Assembly: GCA_963932905.1 (NCBI GenBank)
Contig: CAWVRN010000003.1
Coordinates: forward strand, 160,001-224,000
Source of the DNA: an uncultured Bdellovibrio sp.
GTDB lineage: Bacteria; Bdellovibrionota; Bdellovibrionia; Bdellovibrionales; Bdellovibrionaceae
Direction: 5' to 3'
DNA length: 64,000 nt
Below are positions 28,669 to 37,432 of this stretch, piece by piece (the first letter of the stretch is position 1; every line of letters starts with the position of its first letter). The notes beneath the pieces are model-generated. The model worked only from the letters and a program-made list of their open reading frames with translations. It did no database searches and was not told the DNA's origin. The position numbers were made by a program, and so were the translations under genes.

Positions 28669-30045
28669 ATGTCTTCAAAAAAAATTGCCGTGGAATATAT
28701 CAAACTTATTGAAGACTACTTTAATCCCCTATTTAAGCTTGGCCCCAATGAAATTGATCATATTAGTTTGGGAGAAGAGTTTTCAAACTACAGATCACTT
28801 TCAAACCTAATATCAAGCTCGCTCGATGACCTAGGGAAAGATATTAAATCTTTTTGGGAAGCGAATAATAACGAGCTACAGCAAGAATTAAAGAATTCTG
28901 ATGGCATGAAATGCATCTACTCAGGCGACATTTCTCCACACAATGCCCTAAAATTAACAAAGAAAACCGCAATGTACATGGACAGTGTACTAATCCCAGA
29001 TCCACTCTATAAAATTTCAGTGCAACTTTCTGAACTAAAAAGAGATAAACCAGAATACCTTAGCAGAATTATTAGACATGCAGCAAATATGTATAAATTA
29101 AGAGACCTAATTACAGCCGACACAGCGTACCCGATAGTATGCGTGGCTCCGCTCGGCCTTGATCATATTTCACCTGAGAAAAAAAAAGAGATAGTACAAA
29201 GCGGAATCGAAAATCTCACCAGATATGGATCTAAAATTTTCGATAAAGATTTTTCAACTTTTGATAATTTATACGACTACCTTTCGAAAATAAATACAAT
29301 TGAAGGTCTCACTACAGAAATCTCGAAATGGGATCAACTTCCCCCTGATATAAGAGATACAGCATCATTGAACGAGCTAGTGAGCGGTTTTTCTAAATTG
29401 GGAAAGACCATGCAAAGACAAAACAAAGAAACATACGGTCAATCTTTTATTATTTATCTGAATTCCCAGCTTATCCGAGTTGAAGAACATAAGTATCTTT
29501 GCAACGAGCTCGGAGCTTCGCCTATCTACGATTTTCATCGACCTTGGTTTTTTATGAATAGAGATCTTAATGCTCCCAACATTGATTCCGCAATAGCTCA
29601 GGGACTGCAGGACACTAAATTAGAATGGCTTGGAAATATTCCGCCGGAGGCAATTAAAGTGCTTAGGGAGGAAAATGAATTGGAAGATTTTAGACAGCTT
29701 TTACGGAAAGGCCTTCACGATGTAAAGGTAAAAAACGATCCAAACTTAAATAGGACCGTCGATACACTTCAGCAAAACTTAAAATCTTGCATTGAATTTC
29801 ATAATTCAAAAATTGATGATATTCAAAAGAAGGTAAATCGAATTGCAAATTACGATATCCCTATAACGACAATTGGTGCACTAGTCGGATGGATACCTGT
29901 TGTTGGAAATTTCTTGAGCATGCCTTTTACTATTAAGGATTGGTTTTCTCAGTCTAATGAAGTCGAGGCTGCTACAAAAGAGTTAGCTAAGAGTGAGGCT
30001 GGTTTTATAAACTTCTTAATACAGGCAAAAGATGACAGAAAGTAA
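28669..30045 (+). CDS. Hypothetical protein, candidate defence component
   Basis: 458-aa ORF, 'AMYMDSVLIPDP', C-terminal coiled coil plus hydrophobic segment; overlaps the next gene. Confidence 0.65.
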   Translation: MSSKKIAVEYIKLIEDYFNPLFKLGPNEIDHISLGEEFSNYRSLSNLISSSLDDLGKDIKSFWEANNNELQQELKNSDGMKCIYSGDISPHNALKLTKKTAMYMDSVLIPDPLYKISVQLSELKRDKPEYLSRIIRHAANMYKLRDLITADTAYPIVCVAPLGLDHISPEKKKEIVQSGIENLTRYGSKIFDKDFSTFDNLYDYLSKINTIEGLTTEISKWDQLPPDIRDTASLNELVSGFSKLGKTMQRQNKETYGQSFIIYLNSQLIRVEEHKYLCNELGASPIYDFHRPWFFMNRDLNAPNIDSAIAQGLQDTKLEWLGNIPPEAIKVLREENELEDFRQLLRKGLHDVKVKNDPNLNRTVDTLQQNLKSCIEFHNSKIDDIQKKVNRIANYDIPITTIGALVGWIPVVGNFLSMPFTIKDWFSQSNEVEAATKELAKSEAGFINFLIQAKDDRK

Positions 30046-30766
30046 ATTTATCTCTTATGGTATTTTATTTTTCCTTGGATATGTTCAAAGAAAACTCAGA
30101 TCAGACCCTCAATATTTGCCGAATTCTTTAATTAGAGCAATCAACGCAGCAGCAGCGGCGGCGGAAACAGTAACGGTGGATAGAAATGCAATGGGAACGG
30201 CATTTGACGTCAAAGAGGATGACATTCAACAAGGTTATGCAGTCATTGTTGCACGTCGGTCATATGGAATCGAGATTTTAAAAATTCAAGATTTAACTAA
30301 CAACGTCGAAATTCCTCCAGAGCTTTGTTTAAATATTTTTAATATTCAAATCCTACTCGACAAATATTCTGGTGAAGAAATAAGTGTTTTCGACGCCGTC
30401 GACGTTATGAACAGTTGCTTCGAGTCTCCGCAGTTTATTGCCCTAGGAGATAATTGGCCCGCCGCTAGGGACAAATTTATAGAAGCGGTAAATAGAAAAA
30501 CATTTAATTTTGGTAGCCAGGAAGAAAAGGTATTCGTGCAAACTATGCTGTCGAAAATAACCCGAAACACAAATTGGGAAGATTACCCTTCACGATTAAG
30601 ATCCTTGATTTCCGCATATTTCGTAGACAAAGATAACGGCAAACCAAATACCTTAGTGATATCTACTACGGGCAAACATTTAGTAAAAAAATCCCAAATA
30701 TTTAAGTTTTCAAATAATATCGTCATGGATTTTGGAATGAAATACATGGCACCAAAATTTAGGTAA
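30032..30766 (+). CDS. Hypothetical protein
   Basis: 244-aa ORF overlapping the upstream gene. Confidence 0.6.
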   Translation: MTESKFISYGILFFLGYVQRKLRSDPQYLPNSLIRAINAAAAAAETVTVDRNAMGTAFDVKEDDIQQGYAVIVARRSYGIEILKIQDLTNNVEIPPELCLNIFNIQILLDKYSGEEISVFDAVDVMNSCFESPQFIALGDNWPAARDKFIEAVNRKTFNFGSQEEKVFVQTMLSKITRNTNWEDYPSRLRSLISAYFVDKDNGKPNTLVISTTGKHLVKKSQIFKFSNNIVMDFGMKYMAPKFR

Positions 30767-30771
30767 TTATT

Positions 30772-31995
30772 TGTAGAAGTTAGGACTTGATCTGACACAT
30801 CTTGGATAGAAAAGATGTGGAAAACTCAGTTACCCTTTTGTTTGGTACTAACAAACAAAAGGGGCCAATCCCCAAAGGATAACTGAGCATGCAAACAATA
30901 CAACAAAAAATCATATCAAACAAACTCGGACTTTTAAGTTTAGCTGAAGAATTACAAAATGTTTCTAAAGCCTGTAAAATAATGGGTTATTCTCGTGACA
31001 CATTTTACCGATATAAAGAATTAAAAGACGACGGAGGAATCGATGCGCTTCACGAAAGAACTCGAAAGAAACCCAATTTTAAAAACAGAGTAGATGGAAC
31101 TATTGAATCTAGCGTCTTGAAAATGGCTATCGACTTTCCGGTTTTTGGCCAAAAACGCGCTGCCAATGAACTTCGAAAGAACGGAATTTTTCTATCGCCA
31201 GCTGGGGTTCGAAGTATTTGGCGTCGTCAAGATCTAGAGACTTTTAAAAAGCGCCTCGCGGCACTAGAAGCTAAAAGCGCTGCTGAGGGGTTGGTTTACA
31301 CCGAAGCCCAAATCGCTGCGCTAGAACGTAAGAAAGACGACGACGTTGCCTTCGGTGAAATTGAAACGGCACATCCTGGATATTTAGGATCGCAAGACAC
31401 GTTTTACGTTGGCACGATTAAAGGCGTTGGTCGAATTTACCAGCAAACTTTTGTTGATACATATTCCAAAGTTGCCTTCGCTAAATTATATAATCAGAAA
31501 ACACCGATCACCGCAGCTGACATATTAAACGACAAGGTTCTTACATTTTTTGAAAGTTACTCCGTGCCTTTGCTAAGAATATTAACAGATCGCGGAACTG
31601 AATTTTGCGGCAAGGTCGATCAGCACGACTACCAGCTCTATATTGGCGTTAACGACATCGAACACACCAAAACTAAAGTCGCACATCCACAAACCAACGG
31701 AATATGCGAAAGATTTCATAAAACAATCCTGCAAGAGTTTTATCAAGTCACGTTTAGAAAGAAAATTTATAAAGCGATGGATGATCTGCAAACTGATTTA
31801 GATCAATGGATGATAGAATATAATGAAAGGAGAACCCACCAAGGTAAAATGTGCAATGGACGAACCCCGATGGAAACTTTTATTGACGGAATTAAAATCT
31901 GGAGACAAAAGGACATCGGTTTAAACTTGAACTGACAGTACAAAATAATTTGCTGAACAAAAAGGCGACTGTCAGATCAAATCTAAACTTCTACA
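30772..31995 (+). mobile_element. IS481-family insertion sequence
   Basis: TGT...ACA ends; 26-bp IRs (tgtagaagttaggacttgatctgaca / tgtcagatcaaatctaaacttctaca, 23/26 match). Confidence 0.9.
30889..31935 (+). CDS. IS481-family DDE transposase
   Basis: 'NVSKACKIMGYSRDTFYRY', 'SQDTFYVG', 'LTDRGTEFCG', 'PQTNGICERFHKT'. Confidence 0.95.
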   Translation: MQTIQQKIISNKLGLLSLAEELQNVSKACKIMGYSRDTFYRYKELKDDGGIDALHERTRKKPNFKNRVDGTIESSVLKMAIDFPVFGQKRAANELRKNGIFLSPAGVRSIWRRQDLETFKKRLAALEAKSAAEGLVYTEAQIAALERKKDDDVAFGEIETAHPGYLGSQDTFYVGTIKGVGRIYQQTFVDTYSKVAFAKLYNQKTPITAADILNDKVLTFFESYSVPLLRILTDRGTEFCGKVDQHDYQLYIGVNDIEHTKTKVAHPQTNGICERFHKTILQEFYQVTFRKKIYKAMDDLQTDLDQWMIEYNERRTHQGKMCNGRTPMETFIDGIKIWRQKDIGLNLN

Positions 31996-32055
31996 CCTAA
32001 TATGTAAAAAATATTCTCCAAACATTCGTTTAGGTGAAATTTACAGATTTACAAA

Positions 32056-33624
32056 TTATCGAACCGATTCAATTGATCTCTTTGTTGCTTCTACTTCAGA
32101 GGTTGTTTTTTGCAATGATTTACCACAATAATTTAATAGCTGAGGAACAATTTCTTTAGAAGCTATAGTTTGATCTATTACGGCGCACATTAGTTTATTT
32201 GAACTTGAAGGATGATTGACTAGTTTCCGATCCGTTTCGTTATTTGATAGTGTTTCACAGCCTTTATAGTTGTGAAATGTTTCTCGACTTGAAATTGTCC
32301 GATAGTCCGAAAAATTTTCTCTGACCCCCGGGATACCTCCCCATGTTGGATTTGCCGTGTGTACTCCAGTCCAAGTTAGATCATGGTTTAGTTGCATTTG
32401 AAATTGCTCAAATGATTTTAGCTCTTCTGAATTAACGCCCGAAACAAAAGAGCCATTAAAAACTATTTTTCCTTTTTCAAGACTGTATGTTTGGTCGTAT
32501 ATTTTACCTCTGATGCGCACCTTAGTTGAAATTCTATCTGTTGAGCATGAGGTTCGATCAAAATTGATGTCTGCTTGTCTTTCTAAAAGGTGATTTGCAT
32601 CATTAATAAATGTTTTTTCGAAAGCTCTGCACAGGGTGGGCGATTTTCCAAAGAGATCATCTCTATCTTTTTTATTCATTAGAAGAACTTGCCATAATTT
32701 TGTTGGGTTAATTTCAACGATGCAGTTGGAAAAATCAACCGCACCGAGACTCCGAAATAACGATAGATCCTCTTCACTTTTAAATCCAATTGAAGACTTA
32801 CATTTTCTTATGGATACTTCGTCCCTCAAAGCCGGAGCTAACGCCAAGCCAATTCCAGTCACTGCGCCTAGTGCCGTTCCTCTAATTGCCCTAGTTTCCA
32901 TGCTTCCCTTTGGTGTCCACTCTTTTTGAATCTCTAAAATTTTTTGTACGGCATTTAACCGTGAAGAGTCTCTGCCGAGGGCCTTTATAGCATCGATATT
33001 TGGCATCGAATTAAATGAAGCTATTTTTTTTGATATTTTGTCTTTTTTAGATAAAAGGGTTTGATCAGAAGGTTTTCTTTTTAAAGCATCGTCTATTTCT
33101 TTAGCCTGACGTTCGAGATCACGTTTTATTTTAAGTTCCGAATCGTCATGATCTGCCATTGAATCCTGCATTCCTGTTTTTCCGGATCGATACTCATTAA
33201 GTATTTTTTTAATTTTCTCAATCTGATCAACTTTGAACCCTTTTTTTTTCAGCATTTTAACTGTGTCGTCCGCAAGTTCCGTTGAAAAGTAGTCTACTGA
33301 ATAAGTTTTGGAGCTCTTCGGGTCTGGTTTAGTTGAATAAGTGGCTTTTTTGAAAAATGAATCTAAATTGTCATCATTTAATTTAAACCGCATTTTTTCT
33401 GCTTTACGAGCTGAAAATTCCTCTCTACCGAGTGTTCCAAATGCTCCACCCATTGCACCAAATAAACCGTAAATCAAAGAGCATGAACCTAAATCATTTC
33501 CAGCGATGCACAATGAAGATTCCTTTACGGCACCTACAAAATTTTCATCAAAACAGAGTGGCTTTTTTTCTTGAGCAAAGACGATGTTAGATATTAGTAG
33601 GTAAAGGACTATGAATCTTTTCAT
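32056..33624 (-). CDS. Secreted hypothetical protein with Gly-rich hydrophobic segments
   Basis: Signal peptide from MKRFIV; 'GLFGAMGGAFG', 'GTALGAVTGIGLALA'. Confidence 0.65.
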   Translation of the reverse strand: MKRFIVLYLLISNIVFAQEKKPLCFDENFVGAVKESSLCIAGNDLGSCSLIYGLFGAMGGAFGTLGREEFSARKAEKMRFKLNDDNLDSFFKKATYSTKPDPKSSKTYSVDYFSTELADDTVKMLKKKGFKVDQIEKIKKILNEYRSGKTGMQDSMADHDDSELKIKRDLERQAKEIDDALKRKPSDQTLLSKKDKISKKIASFNSMPNIDAIKALGRDSSRLNAVQKILEIQKEWTPKGSMETRAIRGTALGAVTGIGLALAPALRDEVSIRKCKSSIGFKSEEDLSLFRSLGAVDFSNCIVEINPTKLWQVLLMNKKDRDDLFGKSPTLCRAFEKTFINDANHLLERQADINFDRTSCSTDRISTKVRIRGKIYDQTYSLEKGKIVFNGSFVSGVNSEELKSFEQFQMQLNHDLTWTGVHTANPTWGGIPGVRENFSDYRTISSRETFHNYKGCETLSNNETDRKLVNHPSSSNKLMCAVIDQTIASKEIVPQLLNYCGKSLQKTTSEVEATKRSIESVR

Positions 33625-33710
33625 AGTTTTACTCTCGGCTAATAGTTCGGAGTTCTTTAGCAATAATCTGTCACAAGCTAGACAATAGACCTGAAACTTT
33701 GTTTGTGTTT

Positions 33711-33988
33711 TGTCCTTCCTGAGACATAGTTAACACTTCATTCCGGGCACATGGGTTACACTTTCTGGCATAGGGGGAATTCTATGTCATGGAAGGATAG
33801 TAGCATGTTAGATGAAAAAGTTAAATTTATAGCGAGACTTTTAGATGGTGAAAAGATGGCGCCACTTTGTCGTGAGTAGAACCGTAGCACCGTAGCAAAT
33901 CGGGTCGAACCAGTGGACGACCCGTTTAAAATAAAAGTGTTACCTATGTCTCCGGAATAAACTGTTACCCATGTCCCCGGAATGGACC
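33711..33988 (+). mobile_element. Internally deleted (MITE-like) IS481-family element
   Basis: Doubled terminal repeats at each end (ttcc...acat.g.t.aca left; tgttacc.atgtc.ccggaa right); encodes MSWKDSSMLDEKVKFIARLLDGEKMAPLCRE* and the C-terminal RVEPVDDPFKIKVLPMSPE*. Confidence 0.75.
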
Positions 33989-33998
33989 CTGTTGGAAG

Positions 33999-34058
33999 TG
34001 GTGCGAATAACTGGACTTGAACCAGTGACCTCTTCCATGTCAAGGAAGCGCGCTACCA
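33999..34058 (-). repeat. 3' 60 nt of tRNA-Val(GAC), type B, with CCA
   Basis: Reverse complement TGGTAGCGCGCTTCCTTGACATGGAAGAGGTCACTGGTTCAAGTCCAGTTATTCGCACCA. Confidence 0.9.
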
Positions 34059-34321
34059 AAATCGGTAGTAATGAAGCCCAAGCCAATAATTGAAACCTAT
34101 TTTCCTGACGCTTTTTAAAGGCTCCCACCAGGAACCCAGAACGCACCAAATTCAAGAATGGGAATCCAATACCTGCCAATTGGAGCCTATAAAAAATTTT
34201 AAATTCAGTATAAGAAAGGGTAAAAAAGGGATCTTTTATATGGAGCTAAACCTCAGAAGAAGAGATCTCCCCCTAAAGTTTAGCAACACCATACATGGAT
34301 GTTTTGATTGAAACCGGTAAA

Positions 34322-36745
34322 TTAAATGCTACCGATCTTGCGATTACGCAGACGGAGGGCATTTCCAACAACTGATACAGAGCTTAGGCTCATTGCGAGG
34401 CTCGCGATCATTGGACTTAGAACAATTCCAAAAACTGGATATAACAACCCCGCAGCGACCGGCACACCAAGCGCATTGTAACCAAATGCGAAAAGCAAAT
34501 TCTGCCTTATATTTTTCATCGTGGCCTGGCTTAGTTTGTGAGCCCGAACAATTCCAACTAGATCTCCCTTAACAAGAGTAACGCCCGCACTCTCCATCGC
34601 AACATCCGTACCTGTGCCCATCGCAATCCCAATTTGCGCTTGAGCTAATGCCGGAGCGTCATTGATTCCATCTCCTGCCATCGCGACAACTTTACCCTCG
34701 GATTGAAGGCGTTTTACAATTTCACTTTTCTGTTGAGGAAGAACTTCTGCTTCCACTCGGTCAATTCCCATTTCTCTTGCTACCACTTCAGCCGTATTAC
34801 GATTGTCTCCAGTTAGCATGACGACTTCAATTCCATTTGAATGGAAATATTCAATCGCTGGTTTTGCAGATTCTTTAATTGGATCTTTGACAGCAATAAC
34901 AGCCGCAGGCTTTCCATCTACGGCGGCTAGCATCGCCCCATGTCCTGTGCTTTGAAGTTCTTTCGCAATTTGAGCAAGCTCAGCAGCTTCGACCCCGAAT
35001 TTCTCAAGAAGTTTTTTATTTCCGACCAGAACAGTGCGGTTCTGATTTTTTCCGCGCACTCCCATTCCGGTGATTGATTCAAAGTCAACGATAGGCTCAA
35101 TTTTTAAATTTCTCTCTAAGGCTCCTTCGACAATAGCTTCCGCCAAAGGATGCTCACTTGATTTTTCAAGAGAAGCTACTAACGTTAAAATTTCTGATTC
35201 ATTAAAGCCGCTCAATGTTTTGACGACCGCAAGCTTTGGTTTTCCAACAGTTAGAGTTCCCGTTTTATCTACAACAAGAGTTGTAATTTTCTCTAAACTT
35301 TCTAAAGCCTCGGCGTTTTTAATCAATACACCAAGGTTTGCGCCTTTCCCTGTTCCAACCATAATTGACATAGGAGTCGCAAGACCTAAGGCACAAGGAC
35401 ATGAAATGATAAGAACTGCGACCGCGTTAATAATTGCGTGAGTCAACCGAGGCTCAGGTCCCACGAGATACCAAACAATGGCGGTAATGAGCGCAATGGC
35501 AATCACTGCTGGAACAAAATATCCAGAAACTGTATCCGCTAATTTTTGAATCGGCGCTCGGCTTCTTTGCGCTTGAGAAACCATTTTTACAATTTGTGAT
35601 AATAAAGTATCAGATCCAACTTTTGTCGCCTTCATGATCAGGCTTCCGGTGCCATTGACTGTAGCGCCTGTGACTAAATCACCTTTGCTTTTCTCTACTG
35701 GAATTGGCTCTCCTGTAATCATGGACTCATCAACAGAACTTCGGCCACCAGTCACTTCGCCATCGACTGGAATTTTTTCGCCAGGCCTGACACGCAAAAG
35801 ATCTCCAACGTGAATATGTTCAACTGGAACATCTTCTTCCGTTCCATCAGCTTTAACTTTTCGAGCTGTTTTTGGAGCAAGACCCAGAAGTGCGCGAATC
35901 GCGTTTCCAGTTTGGCTTCTGGCTCGAAGCTCAAGAACTTGCCCTAGCAGAACTAGAGCGGTAATGACTGCGGCGGCTTCATAATAAAGCGGCACCATTC
36001 CACCATGAACTTTAATACTTTCAGGAAATAGCGAAGGAAAAAATGTTCCGACCAAACTGAATAAGTAAGCTACTCCAGTTCCAAGCGCAATAAGAGTGAA
36101 CATATTAAAGTTTCGAGATTTGACAGACGCCCAGCCTCTTTCAAAAAATGGAAATCCGGCCCATAACACAACAGGCGTTGCCAGTAAGAATTGAATGCCC
36201 GCGTTTAGCCAAGCGGGAATGGCGTGCTGTACAGGCTGACCAGGAATCAGATCTGACATCGCAAGTAGCAGCAGAGGAATAGTTAAAGGAACGCTGACTT
36301 TTAATCGTTTTGTGAAATCAGTAAGCTCAGGATTTTCAACCTCATTCAAAGATACTTCTTCTGGTTCAAGTGCCATTCCACAGATCGGACAATTACCAGG
36401 TCCTTTTTGTCTAATCTCTGGATGCATGGGACAAGTGTAGATCGCTTCCGTATCAACTTTTTCAATCTTTTTATTTTGTGGCTCTAAATACTTCAATGGT
36501 TCGGCTTCAAATTTAGTTTTGCACTTAGGATTACAAAAGTAATAAGTTTCTCCATTATAATCGGTGTTCCCACCTTTAGCCGTTTTCGGATCGATCATCA
36601 TTCCGCAAACTGGATCTTTTACAAGATGTGTATCTTTCTTATCATCAATTGAGCAGCAGGAATGTCCCTCGTGAGAGGACGAGTGTTCATGCTTTTGATC
36701 ATGACCATGTTGATGGTTTTTGTGGTTATGCTGTGAATGATCCAT
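34322..36745 (-). CDS. copA: Cu(I)-translocating P1B-type ATPase with His-rich N-terminus and YHS domain
   Basis: DPVCGM (YHS), [30 protein letters not shown] and MSLSS; start at MDHSQ. Confidence 0.93.
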   Translation of the reverse strand: MDHSQHNHKNHQHGHDQKHEHSSSHEGHSCCSIDDKKDTHLVKDPVCGMMIDPKTAKGGNTDYNGETYYFCNPKCKTKFEAEPLKYLEPQNKKIEKVDTEAIYTCPMHPEIRQKGPGNCPICGMALEPEEVSLNEVENPELTDFTKRLKVSVPLTIPLLLLAMSDLIPGQPVQHAIPAWLNAGIQFLLATPVVLWAGFPFFERGWASVKSRNFNMFTLIALGTGVAYLFSLVGTFFPSLFPESIKVHGGMVPLYYEAAAVITALVLLGQVLELRARSQTGNAIRALLGLAPKTARKVKADGTEEDVPVEHIHVGDLLRVRPGEKIPVDGEVTGGRSSVDESMITGEPIPVEKSKGDLVTGATVNGTGSLIMKATKVGSDTLLSQIVKMVSQAQRSRAPIQKLADTVSGYFVPAVIAIALITAIVWYLVGPEPRLTHAIINAVAVLIISCPCALGLATPMSIMVGTGKGANLGVLIKNAEALESLEKITTLVVDKTGTLTVGKPKLAVVKTLSGFNESEILTLVASLEKSSEHPLAEAIVEGALERNLKIEPIVDFESITGMGVRGKNQNRTVLVGNKKLLEKFGVEAAELAQIAKELQSTGHGAMLAAVDGKPAAVIAVKDPIKESAKPAIEYFHSNGIEVVMLTGDNRNTAEVVAREMGIDRVEAEVLPQQKSEIVKRLQSEGKVVAMAGDGINDAPALAQAQIGIAMGTGTDVAMESAGVTLVKGDLVGIVRAHKLSQATMKNIRQNLLFAFGYNALGVPVAAGLLYPVFGIVLSPMIASLAMSLSSVSVVGNALRLRNRKIGSI

Positions 36746-36801
36746 AAATACTCCATTCAAGTTTCCATTAAAGAGGAAGACTCGGTATAAAGTCATCATG
36801 C

Positions 36802-36822
36802 ACCTTCCAAGCATTGGAAGGT
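36802..36822 (-). promoter_or_regulatory. CueR operator in the copA promoter
   Basis: ACCTTCC-N7-GGAAGGT overlapping TTGACC on the minus strand. Confidence 0.85.
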
Positions 36823-36900
36823 CAATAGGAAAAATAAACTGCCAACTGCAAAATGAATGGTTCCGACATGTTTTAAATCGATAATTTGACCTGGATCTTG

Positions 36901-36921
36901 ACCTTCCAATGGTAGGAAGGT
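36901..36921 (+). promoter_or_regulatory. CueR operator in the cueR promoter
   Basis: TTGACC-19-TATATT containing ACCTTCC-N7-GGAAGGT. Confidence 0.8.
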
Positions 36922-36963
36922 TTATATTTAAGCTGTGTTGTAACAATCAACAAAGGAAACTGT

Positions 36964-37353
36964 ATGAATATTGGCGAAGCGGCAAAAATATCAGGTGTGA
37001 ATGCCAAGCTTATTCGACATTATGAATCTATCGGTATTATTCCAAAGGCAAGCCGCTCTGAAGCTGGTTATCGTACCTATACAGAAACCGACGTTAATAT
37101 TTTAGCCTTTGTGAAGAGATCCCGAAATATGGGCTTTTCTATGAAAGAAATTAAGAAGCTCGTCAGCTTGTGGCGTAACAAAACAAGAGCCAGTGCGGAG
37201 GTTAAGGGCCTAGCTATTAAGCATATTGATGAGATGGAAAAGAAGATTACCGAGCTTCAAGGAATGGTTAAAAGCTTAAAGCATCTGGCTAAATGCTGCC
37301 ACGGCGACCAGAGACCTGATTGTCCCATTTTAGATGACTTGGCGAGCCATTAA
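36964..37353 (+). CDS. cueR: Cu(I)-responsive MerR-family regulator
   Basis: MNIGEAA..SGV.AKLIRHYE; CHGDQRPDCPILDDL. Confidence 0.95.
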   Translation: MNIGEAAKISGVNAKLIRHYESIGIIPKASRSEAGYRTYTETDVNILAFVKRSRNMGFSMKEIKKLVSLWRNKTRASAEVKGLAIKHIDEMEKKITELQGMVKSLKHLAKCCHGDQRPDCPILDDLASH

Positions 37354-37365
37354 ACCCGTCTTGAA

Positions 37366-37396
37366 TTGACCTTCCAACTATTGGAAGCCCTATTCT
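37366..37396 (+). promoter_or_regulatory. CueR-type promoter of the multicopper oxidase operon
   Basis: TTGACC-ttccaactattggaagccc-TATTCT (19-bp spacer). Confidence 0.8.
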
Positions 37397-37426
37397 TGTC
37401 ACAAAAGAAGGGTTCGGGTCGTATTT
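37397..37426 (+). promoter_or_regulatory. Putative ECF-sigma promoter TGTCACAA-N15-CGTATT
   Basis: Same motif and spacing as the two copies at 43094-43233. Confidence 0.65.
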
Positions 37427-37432
37427 AAGATT

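Noticed and set aside
21692..34058. Calling the 60-nt fragments functional tRNA genes
   Set aside because: They lack the 5' acceptor strand and 5' D-stem; adjacent sequence does not supply GCGAATA or GGTCTGT.
34053..34068. CTACC-N6-GGTAG as a recombinase core site
   Set aside because: The symmetry is not conserved at the other junctions.
33756..34311. Three short ORFs around the 33999 fragment
   Set aside because: Two read through the IS remnant and tRNA fragment; none has recognisable features, including integrase motifs.
36746..36946. N-terminal extension of CopA in the ORF track
   Set aside because: It spans the CueR operators and promoters; the GGAG RBS supports the MDHSQ start at 36745.
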